Below, piece by piece: positions 28,362 through 40,508 of a stretch of DNA of 64,000 nt (position 1 is its first letter; every line of letters starts with the position of its first letter). The notes below the pieces were generated by a model. The model worked only from the letters and a program-made list of their open reading frames with translations, ran no database searches and was not told where the DNA came from. The stretch spans positions 2,313,407 to 2,377,406 of the forward strand of contig OY776568.1 of the NCBI GenBank assembly GCA_963675765.1, written 5' to 3'. This DNA comes from Phycisphaerae bacterium (GTDB lineage: Bacteria > Planctomycetota > Phycisphaerae > UBA1845). A program made the position numbers and the translations under genes.

Positions 28362-29600
28362 TCACTCTATGTATACCCGAAAACCTCGCCCTGACCTCTT
28401 CATGCCCACCAATGACTGTCCATGCACAACGTCCTGCAATACCGATCCCACACTTGCACCACGCCACCCCTCGCACAATGCTGAGCGAGCACCTCGGCAA
28501 CTCTCACGTACTTGGCTGCGAACGTATGCCCGCACATCTTTCTTCGATCCCACCAATTGATGAGAAATGCTATGCTCCGCACAATAAGACCTGATTACCG
28601 CTCCAGCCAACATGGCAATAGCAGCCTCTTGATCAGTCTCATCGTCCACCGGCGCGGGCTCTGGCCAACTATCCTCAGGAGACACGCACGCTCTTGCTGT
28701 GGCTTTTGCCAATTCAGCTATTGCGTCGCTCCTCAAGCTCAAGCCTCGTAACTTCTTGATGGCCTCCACATCCGACCAACGGTGCTTGGCAATCTCGATT
28801 ATCAAATGATCCCGAATGACAGCCCGCACCGGCCGGTTGTACCGCAATGCTAGCTCCTCCCGAACTCCAACCAGCTCCCGGGCGATCGCCAAACCCAGTC
28901 GATCAAGCGCCCCCGCCCCCTTTAAACGGAAAACCTTCTTGTCCACGCCTGGCATGTATGTCTTCGAACTCTCAAATCTCGCCATCTCCTCAGACATCCA
29001 CCCACCCCGCCCCAACTTCCGCAACCGAGCCCCCAACACGCGATGCACTTCCGGAAGATACGCAACGTCGTCAGCCGCATATCGGATCTGCTCCTTGGAC
29101 AGCGGCCGGCTTGCCCAATCAGTCAAGGTCTGACTCTTATGCAACCGAACACCAACAATGGCCTTGACCATGCGTGACAAACTCAACGGATAATCACCGC
29201 TGACCAGCCCGTATGCCACTTGGCAATCGAATACGTTACAGGGAGTGACCCCTCCCTGCATCTGGCAGAGCGCCAAGTCCTCCATTCCCGCATGCACAAC
29301 GACCACTATCTCCGGATCAGCAACCAACGACCAAACCGGACCAAGATCCGACACGGCCTGAGGATCTACAACCGCCACCAGAGAAGCTGTGGCGATCTGC
29401 ACAAGACAAACCTCAGCCTGAAATCGCTCCTCCATCACAAACTCTGTGTCGAAAGCCAAGTACTTGCACTCCCGCACTTGGTCGCACACTTTCACCAAAT
29501 CCACATCATTCGTTATCAGTTGAGTCTCTGGAGAGAGCGATGGCACATCTGGAGAGCCTGTTCGGGACTTCGAGGGGCGTTGCATCCGTTTCTTTGGCAT
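28362..29600 (-). CDS. rnd: Ribonuclease D (3'-5' exonuclease + HRDC)
   Basis: 412 aa. YLAFDTEFVMEERFQAEVCLVQIA (DEDD exonuclease motif I), HAGMEDL, and YAADDVAYL. It aligns by eye to the E. coli RNase D N-terminus. Confidence 0.85.
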   Translation of the reverse strand: MPKKRMQRPSKSRTGSPDVPSLSPETQLITNDVDLVKVCDQVRECKYLAFDTEFVMEERFQAEVCLVQIATASLVAVVDPQAVSDLGPVWSLVADPEIVVVVHAGMEDLALCQMQGGVTPCNVFDCQVAYGLVSGDYPLSLSRMVKAIVGVRLHKSQTLTDWASRPLSKEQIRYAADDVAYLPEVHRVLGARLRKLGRGGWMSEEMARFESSKTYMPGVDKKVFRLKGAGALDRLGLAIARELVGVREELALRYNRPVRAVIRDHLIIEIAKHRWSDVEAIKKLRGLSLRSDAIAELAKATARACVSPEDSWPEPAPVDDETDQEAAIAMLAGAVIRSYCAEHSISHQLVGSKKDVRAYVRSQVRESCRGARSALCEGWRGASVGSVLQDVVHGQSLVGMKRSGRGFRVYIE

Positions 29601-29681
29601 GACCGGTAGTTTAGGAGCAAATACGCAGATTGAACAGAGCTGCCGCGATTACCTGCACAATGATCCCACTGGATCTCAAGA

Positions 29682-32288
29682 TCATTTCTCTCGGAATTCA
29701 TCGGTCCGGCGAAAAACACTTGCCGTTACACCTGTCTCGTCTACAAGCAGCGTCACTGCACCATAATCACCCGTATTCAGCAGCACAACCTCCCCCTCCA
29801 CCAGAGACCTCGCAGCACTGTCTCCCCCACTAGCGAAACTCGATTGCACCATGTAGCTGGGAGCTGCTAACCTTCCAAACTCCCTCGTCACTCTCCCCAC
29901 TGCCCCGTGATGCGGCAACATCAGCACATCAACGCCCAATCCTCCCGCATCAACCAACTGTCGCTGAACAGCATCCCCAATATCGCCCGTAAACAAGATC
30001 TTCTGCCCGCGATATTCCAAACGTACCACCAACGAAGAGTCGTTCACAGACATCCTCTCCCCCGGAGCTCCAACAGGCCAGACCACCTCCGCCTTCACCC
30101 CATCGCCCATTACCAACACCTCACCACCGGACAACTCGCGCACGTCATGCTCTCCCCTCCTCAAAACATCCATCAATACGCGCGCCGGCGATCCCTCATA
30201 CGCATACGCCTCAAACATGGACGAAACATACACAACATCACATTTGTAGTTGCTCAACAGATAGGGCAATCCCCCGAAATGGTCGAGATTGGCGTGCGAG
30301 ATAATCACTCCATCCAAATGATCGACACCTCGATAGTCAAGATACGAGCCTATCACGTACTTGCCCGGATCAGAACTCCCCGCCCCCCCAGCATCATAAA
30401 GCCAGCACTCTCCTCCGGGACACTCTATCACCGTACTCAATCCTCGACCCACAGCTAATTGGGTAATACGCATCTGAGATTCTCCGACGCCTTGGCAACA
30501 CACGACAAGCACACTGATAACTGCAACTGATCCAACCCACGTTGCAGCCTTCGCCGAAATCACACGTCGGTGCCACAGGACAGCCGCAACCGGAATAAGG
30601 TAACACCCCACACAGCATATACCCGGCATCAACGGCATCCTCATATTCACCCCGGGCACTGCAACAATAAGCTCCAGCACTCCGCAAAGCGCGCCGGAGG
30701 CGAATAACAGACAAACTTGCAGAAACTCGCATGAACCGCCAACGATCAACGAAACACCTGCTTTAATAAAACCCAATACCATCAACACCAGCACAAACGG
30801 AGAAGCTAGTAGCGAACCAAGCCAGCCAACCAAGCAAACTCGCCCGAAACACGACACAACCAACGGCACAGAGGCAATCCATGCAGTAACTGAGATGCAT
30901 AATGCTGCCCCTAGCTTGCCATACAGCCACCTCCACCTTGACCGGCTCTCGCTCCTACGCAGCCTAGTAGATAATTCCTCAATGTTCGCACTTACTGGCT
31001 TCTCCCCAACTGCGCACATTCTAATGCGATTTCCAACCCAACACCCAACAGCCTCAACCACCGGAGACATATATACAATCGCCAGAACAACAACAAATGA
31101 TAGCTGAAACCCAATATCGAACAGTGACACAGGATCAAGCGTCAGCACGACAAGGGCCGCCGCACAGGTCGCCCCCGCCACTGATCGCTGCCTCCTCAGA
31201 AGAAGTACCAAACAGAAAACCCATGTCATAATTCCGGCACGCAATACTGATGGTCGCGGCTCAGCCAACAGCACATAACCAGCCACCACGACCATTGTGA
31301 TGATCGCACACCATCGCCGACTGACACCCAAAAGCCGCAACGGACCAAGAACTGCAAATGCCAATATCGCTACGTGAATACCACTCACTGCCAGGTAATG
31401 CCCGCACCCGGACTTGACGAATAACTCCTCCAGCTCCTGGTCAACCTCTCCTCGTAATCCCAATATCATCGCGTCCATCAACGAGGCTGCTCGGCTATCA
31501 ACCTCCATTACATCCCCCGAGACAACCTTCCGAACGTAACGCCTCCAAGACCTCAGAGTATCGCCGGCATCCGACTGCACCCTCGCCGATACAATCACAT
31601 TCTCCGCATGCTCGCAGCTCGCCTGTACGCGGATTCCCTGCCGGGCATTGAATAAACGCCAATCGAATTGACCAGGATTCGCAGGACCTCGAATCCGACT
31701 CACCCACCCACTCAGTTCCACGCCATCACCCGCGACGAGCCCGACCACCGAGTCCTTGACCGTCACTCGAACGCAACCGCAAACCTCGCCCCAACCGCCA
31801 TCAACCCCTATCCCATCTGCCTCCAGTACAAAGCTTGTCCGCTCAACATCGAACAGCCACGCATTAAACGGCTCGTATCCCACGCTGTACATCCGAGGAT
31901 CACTTACCACCTCTCCACGCAATCGCGCCAGAACCCGCTCTTCTCCAACGTAATTGACTATGTCATTCTCGGAAACTTCCCAGAAACTCCTATGGTGCAA
32001 CAACGATCCACAACATAAGCCGCAAACCAAGGCAGCCGCCACGATCCCCCTCACACCACCCTTACGCCACATAAGATAGACCGCCGCGCATACCAATACC
32101 GCACTGACCGACCATGTATCGATCGGACACATGCTGTCTACCACAATGCCTGCAATCAGCCCGACCACCCACGGGACAAGCGGTGGCAACCTAACTCCAG
32201 ATATTCTCGGGCCATCTCCTGCACGCACTTGACTTGAACAACCGTTTGCGCGCACGATGAGACTCCAATATGCTGCTGATATGATCAC
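29682..32288 (-). CDS. comEC: ComEC/Rec2 family DNA internalisation protein with a metallo-beta-lactamase domain
   Basis: 868-aa polytopic competence domain plus a C-terminal MBL domain (IISHANLDHFGG, LMLPHHG). GTG start at 32288; the true start is uncertain. Confidence 0.85.
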   Translation of the reverse strand: MIISAAYWSLIVRANGCSSQVRAGDGPRISGVRLPPLVPWVVGLIAGIVVDSMCPIDTWSVSAVLVCAAVYLMWRKGGVRGIVAAALVCGLCCGSLLHHRSFWEVSENDIVNYVGEERVLARLRGEVVSDPRMYSVGYEPFNAWLFDVERTSFVLEADGIGVDGGWGEVCGCVRVTVKDSVVGLVAGDGVELSGWVSRIRGPANPGQFDWRLFNARQGIRVQASCEHAENVIVSARVQSDAGDTLRSWRRYVRKVVSGDVMEVDSRAASLMDAMILGLRGEVDQELEELFVKSGCGHYLAVSGIHVAILAFAVLGPLRLLGVSRRWCAIITMVVVAGYVLLAEPRPSVLRAGIMTWVFCLVLLLRRQRSVAGATCAAALVVLTLDPVSLFDIGFQLSFVVVLAIVYMSPVVEAVGCWVGNRIRMCAVGEKPVSANIEELSTRLRRSESRSRWRWLYGKLGAALCISVTAWIASVPLVVSCFGRVCLVGWLGSLLASPFVLVLMVLGFIKAGVSLIVGGSCEFLQVCLLFASGALCGVLELIVAVPGVNMRMPLMPGICCVGCYLIPVAAVLWHRRVISAKAATWVGSVAVISVLVVCCQGVGESQMRITQLAVGRGLSTVIECPGGECWLYDAGGAGSSDPGKYVIGSYLDYRGVDHLDGVIISHANLDHFGGLPYLLSNYKCDVVYVSSMFEAYAYEGSPARVLMDVLRRGEHDVRELSGGEVLVMGDGVKAEVVWPVGAPGERMSVNDSSLVVRLEYRGQKILFTGDIGDAVQRQLVDAGGLGVDVLMLPHHGAVGRVTREFGRLAAPSYMVQSSFASGGDSAARSLVEGEVVLLNTGDYGAVTLLVDETGVTASVFRRTDEFREK

Positions 32289-32293
32289 CGCTC

Positions 32294-32932
32294 ATGACAG
32301 GCGGAGCAAGCGCCTTTACCACTCAAACAACGCGAAACCAAACTATGCGCAAACAGCAAGATGGAATGATAATCTTTGACCTCGACGGAACCCTAACTAA
32401 GCCCGTTCTCGATTTCGATCAAATAAGAAGAGAAATGGGCATCCTGGAGGGACCAATACTGGAAGCAATTGATGAGATGGGAGAACTGCAACGACAGAAA
32501 GCCCTCGATATACTGCATGAACATGAACACCAGGCAGCTCATCACTCCCAACTCCATGAAGGAGTGAGAGACACTATCGACACGCTCCGACAACAAGGTT
32601 GGCCAGTCGCCATCCTCACTCGCAACGCCGCAAAATGGATGCACGTTGTACTAGATAAACATGAGATTACCGTGGATGCCTACTCCACCCGCGATGACGG
32701 CGTCGTCAAACCGTCCCCTCAGCCTATACTCAATCTATGTATGAAAACCAAAAGCAACCCACGCAAAAGCTGGATGGTTGGCGACCACCTCTTCGACATC
32801 CAAAGTGGTCGCGATGCTGGGTGCACCACGATCCTCATGATTGGCCATAACCCTACGCCGGAATACGCATCACAAGCCGATCATGTCATAAAATCAATCC
32901 CCGCTATCGTCCAACTCGTCAACAACGAGTAG
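32294..32932 (+). CDS. HAD-superfamily phosphatase (phosphoglycolate-phosphatase-like)
   Basis: MIIFDLDGTLT (motif I), ILTRN (II) and VGDHLFDIQSGRDAG (IV). The start may be ATG 32345 rather than 32294. Confidence 0.75.
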   Translation: MTGGASAFTTQTTRNQTMRKQQDGMIIFDLDGTLTKPVLDFDQIRREMGILEGPILEAIDEMGELQRQKALDILHEHEHQAAHHSQLHEGVRDTIDTLRQQGWPVAILTRNAAKWMHVVLDKHEITVDAYSTRDDGVVKPSPQPILNLCMKTKSNPRKSWMVGDHLFDIQSGRDAGCTTILMIGHNPTPEYASQADHVIKSIPAIVQLVNNE

Positions 32933-32990
32933 AGCCTGCTCCATCCCTGTTATTGCATAAGTCATTCCGGCGAATGCTGAAACTTGCGAT

Positions 32991-33078
32991 AGCGTTGTAA
33001 GTCCAAGCACAACGTCAAGCGATGAGAATCTATCGGAAGAAATGTGGTGTCAGACGCTACGTTTGGATTAGTAACGCT
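32991..33078 (+). repeat. About-90-bp structured intergenic repeat, copy G (forward, variant with a fully complementary right arm)
   Basis: agcgttgtaagtccaagcacaacgtcaagcgatgagaatc...cagacgctacgtttggattagtaacgct. The two ends form an AGCGTT..TAA.TCCAA terminal inverted repeat. Confidence 0.85.
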
Positions 33079-33080
33079 GT

Positions 33081-33110
33081 AAAAAAGCGGCCTCGAATAA
33101 CCGAGACCGC
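33081..33110 (-). terminator. Rho-independent terminator of pfp
   Basis: The minus strand reads GCGGTCTCG-gttatt-CGAGGCCGC followed by TTTTTT, 38 nt after the pfp stop. It abuts repeat copy G. Confidence 0.75.
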
Positions 33111-33147
33111 CCGTATCGCTCTACTTAAAACCCGCCATGTGGTATCC

Positions 33148-34560
33148 CTACATGGGAAGAAGAGGCCCCTTGGCCCGATGAGACTCAATCGGCTCATCAA
33201 CTATCCGAACCACTTGACTGTGCGCCAAAGACGCAGGCAACTTGACCACCGAGTCATCGACCACATGCTTGAAGCACTTCTTGAACTCCTCCACCGACAT
33301 CCGAGCGCGAGCCGCCAAAGCCTCAACCGACCTCGGAGAATCAAAGTCACCCTGCTCCAACCGAATCATGTACGATCGAGCCACCAAGTACGGCATAGTC
33401 TTTAAGTCAACCTGCCGCACTTGAGTACGGTTCGTCTTCGGATCAACCATCTCCGTGAACGTCACCGGACGTAAATCGCCACCCTGAATCACTACCATCA
33501 GCCCCCGAGTCGTTCGCTCATCCTCGAGTAGCAAAGTGATCGCTCCATACCCCAGGTCCCTACAATAAGCCATATCAAACGGAGTCGGTCGAGCACAACG
33601 AAGCTCATAACCCATCGTCTCCGCAACAACCGTTATCGAATCACCCCGGGCTTTGAACCGCTTCTCCACTTCCTTCTTCAAAATCTGATCCAACGGAAAC
33701 TCCGCCAACCGCGGATGACCCGCCGCATCTACTGGAACCTTCTGCCCCAGAATCCGCTCCAACTCCTCAACATCACCCAGCTGATATGCCAGCCCCTCTG
33801 CTATGACGGCCACTCCGTCGGGACGACCCATCGCCTGCCGCTTCAGAATCGCACCCTCAAGAACATCAACAACATCCGACACCGTCGTCTTGTCCGGAAA
33901 CTCCTCCGGAATCAATGTCAACGTCGCACTCGCCGACTTCCCAATCCCCAAGGCCAAAAAGCCTGCATTACGCCCCATGGCCACTACAAAATACCAACGA
34001 CCCGTCGTCCGGGAGTCCTCCATCAGGTTCGCCACCAACTCCGAACCGTAATGACGCGCCGTGTTGTACCCGAAAGTCGGCAAATCACCCGGCAACGGCA
34101 AGTCATTGTCAATCGTCTTCGGAACGTGTACCACCCGAATCCGACCGCCAGATGCCTCCGCAATGAACCGAGCACTCAGCGAAGTGTCATCACCGCCTAT
34201 CGTCATCAAGTGCGTAACGCCCAGTGAATTCAGATTCTCCACCGCCTGACGAGCCTTGACTGCATCAGGAACAACCTTTGCATGCTCCTTCGCCGTCGAC
34301 TTATCCAACAGACTCGTACGCGCCGTACGAAGAATCGATCCCCCCTCAAAGTGAATCCGAGCAACATCCGGAATCTTCAGGTTCACCGAGTGACGATCCG
34401 CATCGAATTCCGGGCTGACCAGCCACTTGAACCCCTCATAAATCCCCCGCACGTCGAATCCGTGATTGATCGCGTTGATAGTCGCCGCCCCAATCACACC
34501 ATTGATCCCAGGCGCAGGCCCACCTCCGACAACAATACCTAAACAGCGACTGGCCGCCAT
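33148..34560 (-). CDS. pfp: 6-phosphofructokinase, PPi-dependent type by sequence signature
   Basis: 470 aa of the PfkA family (GGGPAPGINGVI, IGGDDTS, PKTIDNDL). Asp in GGDD and Lys in PKTIDND are the residues associated with pyrophosphate rather than ATP use. Confidence 0.85.
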   Translation of the reverse strand: MAASRCLGIVVGGGPAPGINGVIGAATINAINHGFDVRGIYEGFKWLVSPEFDADRHSVNLKIPDVARIHFEGGSILRTARTSLLDKSTAKEHAKVVPDAVKARQAVENLNSLGVTHLMTIGGDDTSLSARFIAEASGGRIRVVHVPKTIDNDLPLPGDLPTFGYNTARHYGSELVANLMEDSRTTGRWYFVVAMGRNAGFLALGIGKSASATLTLIPEEFPDKTTVSDVVDVLEGAILKRQAMGRPDGVAVIAEGLAYQLGDVEELERILGQKVPVDAAGHPRLAEFPLDQILKKEVEKRFKARGDSITVVAETMGYELRCARPTPFDMAYCRDLGYGAITLLLEDERTTRGLMVVIQGGDLRPVTFTEMVDPKTNRTQVRQVDLKTMPYLVARSYMIRLEQGDFDSPRSVEALAARARMSVEEFKKCFKHVVDDSVVKLPASLAHSQVVRIVDEPIESHRAKGPLLPM

Positions 34561-35066
34561 GATTACTCCTTCCTGACCTCCAACAAGAGGCCATCACTTA
34601 CACATGACCGTCAGCCGCTCCAGCGGCGGCCAACAACCGATAAGACCGCGCCCAATGTCAACCTCCCCAACGCGTCCGACACGCCCCAATATGGACATAT
34701 TTCACACGCTGTCAAGGCGAGCACGCCGCAACAAAACAGAGCATAACCTACTAACCACCAAGAACTTACGCACGCACGCCATAATTGCTACGCCGGTAAG
34801 CGTAACTTCAAAAACAAAACCTCCAGCCAACCTGCAACTCTCATCAACAGATCTCCCAGTAGCAGTCGCACCCACTCGCCGCCATACTCTTACGCCGATT
34901 GGGAATTCTCCTGCAAACACTCTCCCCTGACCCATCACAATCCACACTAGATGCCACCACCAAAAAATCTTCTGTCGATTCTCTGCATTGCGCTATAATT
35001 AGGCCACGAAGCGGAGCGAGGCTCCCTCCAGATTAAGGCTCTGACATGGGCAATCTGGACCGCTAT

Positions 35067-36636
<1,570 letters not shown>

Positions 36637-36679
36637 TCGCCCGCACGTAAACAGTGTAAAGCGCACATCGCGTATCGGT

Positions 36680-36718
36680 GAGCGGCGAAGTGGCCCAAAC
36701 CATTCCGCCGCTCTTTTT
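36680..36718 (+). terminator. Rho-independent terminator of gdhA
   Basis: GAGCGGCG (36680-36687) pairs with CGCCGCTC (36706-36713), followed by TTTTT. Confidence 0.7.
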
Positions 36719-36721
36719 CCA

Positions 36722-39295
36722 TCAAGCCGACTTGCGCCGACGCCACAACTTACACACCACAACTCCCACCAGCACCACGACTATCAACCACGGCAAAATC
36801 ACAACCATCCCATACACAATCACGCCGACCGATGCGTACAAAGCCGCAAGACCCTCGCGCGTCCAATACCTTATCGAATTGCCAGCCATCCCCGGCCCCG
36901 GGCTGATTGTTGCTTTTTCCCCAATAGTCACACTGATCACTCCCAACGCCTTCGGGTCAGCCTGTGAAAGTTTTCCCAAGCCCACCCCCTGCACCTGCTG
37001 AGATACTACCCGCCCTAACCCTTCCAACTCCTTCACAAACCCGTCCACGCGCGACACAACCACGCCTATTCTAAAACTACCCAGCACACCCCCATCTGCA
37101 CGCTGCTCACTGCCGGATTGCAGCACACTCGCTCCAAACTTCCCAATCAACTCCGCGAGCCTGTCGCGGCCCTGCTCGAACCCGCCTACCTCAATCACCA
37201 GAGTACCCGTGGGTACCTGCCGCAAAGGCTCTCCCACAGTCAATGTAAGTGAACACAAGGTCGTCGCCGCACCACCTTGCACCAACCCAGTGTCCCCGGA
37301 AACATCCTTCTTCGTAACTCGCCCCAACTCCCCCAACCTTGAAACCACTTTGCCGTACACACCAGCTGGAATCCTCAGATCAAACGTCATTACACTTGAC
37401 CCGTCCTCCCGCTGAGTGGATGTTCTCAAACCCACTAAGCCACCATACTCCTCCACCAGCGAACACAACTTCCCATCAACAGTATGAAGCTCCCCAGCCT
37501 CCACTTCCATACTCCCCGATGGCATTTTCCCAACGCGCTCCGACATTACCAGTGATATGGCACATTCTACCCGACTCGCCCACTCCGCCTCCGCATCACC
37601 CGCCTGCCAATTCAACACATCACGCTGCGTAAGTCGCCCCAACTCGCATATCCCATCCACGAACACGCCAAACAAAGCCAATTTCACCCGCACGTCATAC
37701 GTACCCACGAGCTCCCCACTTCCACCGCGACTCTGCCTGCCGGAAACCACTCGCCCGCCACACCGCTCCAGCAACCCACCGAAACCCTCCAACGAACCCG
37801 CCAATACCGAGACCTCCACCCCCAGCTTCGCCGAGGGAACAACTCGCGCCGGCTCATTCAAGAAAACCGTGATAGTAGAAAAAGCAACGCGGGCGGCCAT
37901 CACCCGCAAACTGCCCTCCAACTGCTCAATCTCCGAACGAACTCGATTCATCTCCCGCTCAACTTCCAGCAACGCCTTCATCCCGTCGACAAAGGACTTG
38001 TTCTTCACCAACTCCTGCAATCTCTCCTCCGTTATACGCAACGACTTGATCCGCGCCTCCAGATCCACATACTCCGCCGTCACATCAGCCGCCTTACTAC
38101 TCTCCTCACAGACTCGCCCAATCTCCTTCAACTCCCCGAATAACCCCTCGAACTCATTCGGTGGCACCCGAATAACAACCTTCCCCGAAAATGCCCCGCC
38201 CTGCTGCTCTTTCGTATCCCCATCGACAACCACACCCCCGAAACGTTCGCAAACACTCCGCAACTTCTCCAAAGCCCCAACGTAACAGTCAACCTCCAAC
38301 GTCAACAGCCCCGTCTTGATCACCTTTAAAGAAACCGCTATTTTCTTTTTCCCAACCTCGACATCACCATCAGATGCCACCTTCTCCTCACCATAAACAG
38401 CACCTTCCCTCTCACCCCCCCGCCCCCAGGACCACGCTATACTGGCTCCATCCACCAATGTGCCATAACTACCCGCAAACAGAAAATCCTCCACCTCGCC
38501 ATCGTCATCCACAGGTATCCGCTCAACGTCTGCCACCGCATCCCCAACTGTCGGCTTCATCTCCACGCCCGCAAAGTACCGCTCCCGCCCCCTGGCCTTC
38601 TCCTCAGACCAGGAATCGACGTATCCCAAACTGGCCAAACGAGAATCAACATCAGCCTTCTCCCCAACCGATAACCTCCCCGCCTTGGCGTTTCCCAGCG
38701 ATTTTCCGTGAGACGGCTCCTTCGCCCCCCCCGCTTCAGCTTTCTCCGTACACACAGAGTCCGCCCAAACGCCGTAGCCACGACCTACCGCTTCCCCGCC
38801 TTGCCCGCCACCAATACTTGCCAACCCTTTCCCAAACGCCAACGGCTCACCGCCCAGCTGCGCAGCTCCTCTTCTCACCTGCCCCTCGGATACCAACCCC
38901 CTCGAAGATTCCACTTCCGTCCGCAGATGCATCCCCTCAAAACGCTGCATCCTCATATTCCCAATGTTAAAAGCCACCAACAAACACGCTGCGGTGGCGG
39001 TGCAGGCTGATATGAACCGCCATTTGCCCGCGCCGCCAATCCGGTATCTGGTCTCATCTATCACGCAAACACCACTCGCCTGAACCGCTGCCAACATCGA
39101 CTCTACCTCCTCCTCGGTTGGTGATTCCCTACCAGCACAACGAATCAGGTCTCGCACCTTAGCCAACTCATCCGCCTCGGCTCGACACTTGTGGCAATTG
39201 GACATGTGCGCTTCCAATGCCGCCGACTCAACGCAGCTCTCCACGTCACCATCCACGTAGCGATCAATAAGTCTCTTCGCATCTTCACACTTCAT
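36722..39295 (-). CDS. Membrane anti-sigma factor (zf-HC2) with a large periplasmic region of reiterated DUF4349-like modules
   Basis: 857 aa. N-terminal zf-HC2 (HMSNCHKCRAE), a TM at about aa 92-112, a DUF4349-type module plus coiled coil (...ITVFLNEP), three further module copies, and a C-terminal TM. It is downstream of an ECF sigma gene. Confidence 0.7.
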   Translation of the reverse strand: MKCEDAKRLIDRYVDGDVESCVESAALEAHMSNCHKCRAEADELAKVRDLIRCAGRESPTEEEVESMLAAVQASGVCVIDETRYRIGGAGKWRFISACTATAACLLVAFNIGNMRMQRFEGMHLRTEVESSRGLVSEGQVRRGAAQLGGEPLAFGKGLASIGGGQGGEAVGRGYGVWADSVCTEKAEAGGAKEPSHGKSLGNAKAGRLSVGEKADVDSRLASLGYVDSWSEEKARGRERYFAGVEMKPTVGDAVADVERIPVDDDGEVEDFLFAGSYGTLVDGASIAWSWGRGGEREGAVYGEEKVASDGDVEVGKKKIAVSLKVIKTGLLTLEVDCYVGALEKLRSVCERFGGVVVDGDTKEQQGGAFSGKVVIRVPPNEFEGLFGELKEIGRVCEESSKAADVTAEYVDLEARIKSLRITEERLQELVKNKSFVDGMKALLEVEREMNRVRSEIEQLEGSLRVMAARVAFSTITVFLNEPARVVPSAKLGVEVSVLAGSLEGFGGLLERCGGRVVSGRQSRGGSGELVGTYDVRVKLALFGVFVDGICELGRLTQRDVLNWQAGDAEAEWASRVECAISLVMSERVGKMPSGSMEVEAGELHTVDGKLCSLVEEYGGLVGLRTSTQREDGSSVMTFDLRIPAGVYGKVVSRLGELGRVTKKDVSGDTGLVQGGAATTLCSLTLTVGEPLRQVPTGTLVIEVGGFEQGRDRLAELIGKFGASVLQSGSEQRADGGVLGSFRIGVVVSRVDGFVKELEGLGRVVSQQVQGVGLGKLSQADPKALGVISVTIGEKATISPGPGMAGNSIRYWTREGLAALYASVGVIVYGMVVILPWLIVVVLVGVVVCKLWRRRKSA

Positions 39296-39321
39296 GACCG
39301 CAACCTCTAAAGCGTTACCAC

Positions 39322-39428
39322 AGCGTTATCAATCCAAACGTAGCGCAAACCACCGACGCTCGACCGGAGAAAACCAAGATCCACACGCCCTCGAAAACGC
39401 CGCAACACTCAAGTAACACTCTCCATTA
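39322..39428 (+). repeat. About-90-bp structured intergenic repeat, copy M (forward, with an insertion of about 17 bp)
   Basis: agcgttatcaatccaaacgtagcgcaaaccaccgacgctcgaccggagaaaac...aacgccgcaacactcaagtaacactctccatta. It lies between the ECF sigma gene and its anti-sigma gene. Confidence 0.7.
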
Positions 39429-39449
39429 GCAAAACCCAATACCCGCCTC

Positions 39450-40022
39450 TCACTTTCCGCCAACCATCCGCTCCCCACCGCCACCCTCCACATACTCAGA
39501 CAACATCGTTCGCAATCGCCGCCGCGCCCGATGAACCGTCGTCCGCACCCGACCCTCCGTCCAACCCAACGCCTCCGCCGTCTCCCTCACACTCAACCCC
39601 GACAAATCAAAAAGCACCACCGCATCCCTCTGCCCCCCAACCAAACTCGACACCGCCTGTCGCACCGCGGCCTCACGCTCCCGCGACTCCACCACATCAC
39701 CTTCAACCTCCGCCAGTATCAGCCGCAGATTCCCCTCACCAACCTCCCCACGCCTCCGCCGCTTCCGCTCGCCATCAATGGCCACCGACCGTGCGATCGC
39801 ATGTAGCCATGTCCCCAACCCCGAACGACCCTCAAACTGGCCGATCGACTTGATCGCTCGCAAAAACGTCTCCTGCACTACATCACCTGCCACCTCCCGG
39901 GAGCCGCAACGAAAACGCGCGTACCTCCACACCTTCCCAACGTGCCGCCGGTACATCAACTCCACCGCGCCACGATCACCGGACCGCACCCGCTCCACAA
40001 TGTCCCGGTCACTCTTGTCCAT
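39450..40022 (-). CDS. ECF-type RNA polymerase sigma-70 family factor
   Basis: 190 aa. Region 2 (VVQETFLRAIKSIGQFEG...TWLHAIARS) and region 4 (LSVRETAEALGWTEGRVRTTVHRARRRL). Confidence 0.85.
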   Translation of the reverse strand: MDKSDRDIVERVRSGDRGAVELMYRRHVGKVWRYARFRCGSREVAGDVVQETFLRAIKSIGQFEGRSGLGTWLHAIARSVAIDGERKRRRRGEVGEGNLRLILAEVEGDVVESREREAAVRQAVSSLVGGQRDAVVLFDLSGLSVRETAEALGWTEGRVRTTVHRARRRLRTMLSEYVEGGGGERMVGGK

Positions 40023-40508
40023 TCACCTCTTCCAAAACCGCAACTACCACTTCGACGCCGCAATCAGCAAAAAGTTACACCCCGTCAGAGCGTCTTTTCT
40101 CTACGCCCCATTAAACCCTGCTTCGACCATTTACCTGATGAAAATCTCAGCCGCCCCCTCAACATTCCAACCTTCCACAACATAAAACCCGCAACCTCCG
40201 TCAAACCAGCTTGTATCTTTGCATCATACATGAACAGCCGATCACTCCTCCTCCCAATGCCCTCCACCATTCTGATCCAGCTCTAAGATTCGACAGAAAC
40301 GCTCCGCCGAGATACGACATGCGCTCCCAAACTAATCATGCCCCCCATCAACCCCGATCTACGACACAAGGGCCAATACTCTGACACCATTGGCCCAATC
40401 GCCGAACAGATTGCGATAAGTACTGAACGTGTAACTGGCTCGCGAGCTAGTTTTTGACCGGACGCTGCGCCAATTGACGTCCGTCCGACAAACAAGGAAT
40501 GCTCTGCC

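Noticed and set aside
29623-29647. Weak partial matches to the repeat right arm at 29623-29647 (acgcagattgaacagagctgccgcga), about 44894-44910 (gagactacactcgcata), about 60555-60590 and about 18040-18107.
   Set aside because: They are too short or too diverged to call as copies by eye. They are mentioned because their orientation agrees with the polarity rule. A covariance-model scan is needed.
29682-32288. The large polytopic membrane protein as the missing exosortase for the PEP-CTERM/EpsI genes.
   Set aside because: It has the ComEC/Rec2 competence domain plus a metallo-beta-lactamase domain (ISHANLDHFGG). It does not have the exosortase Cys/Arg/His signature or the expected size.
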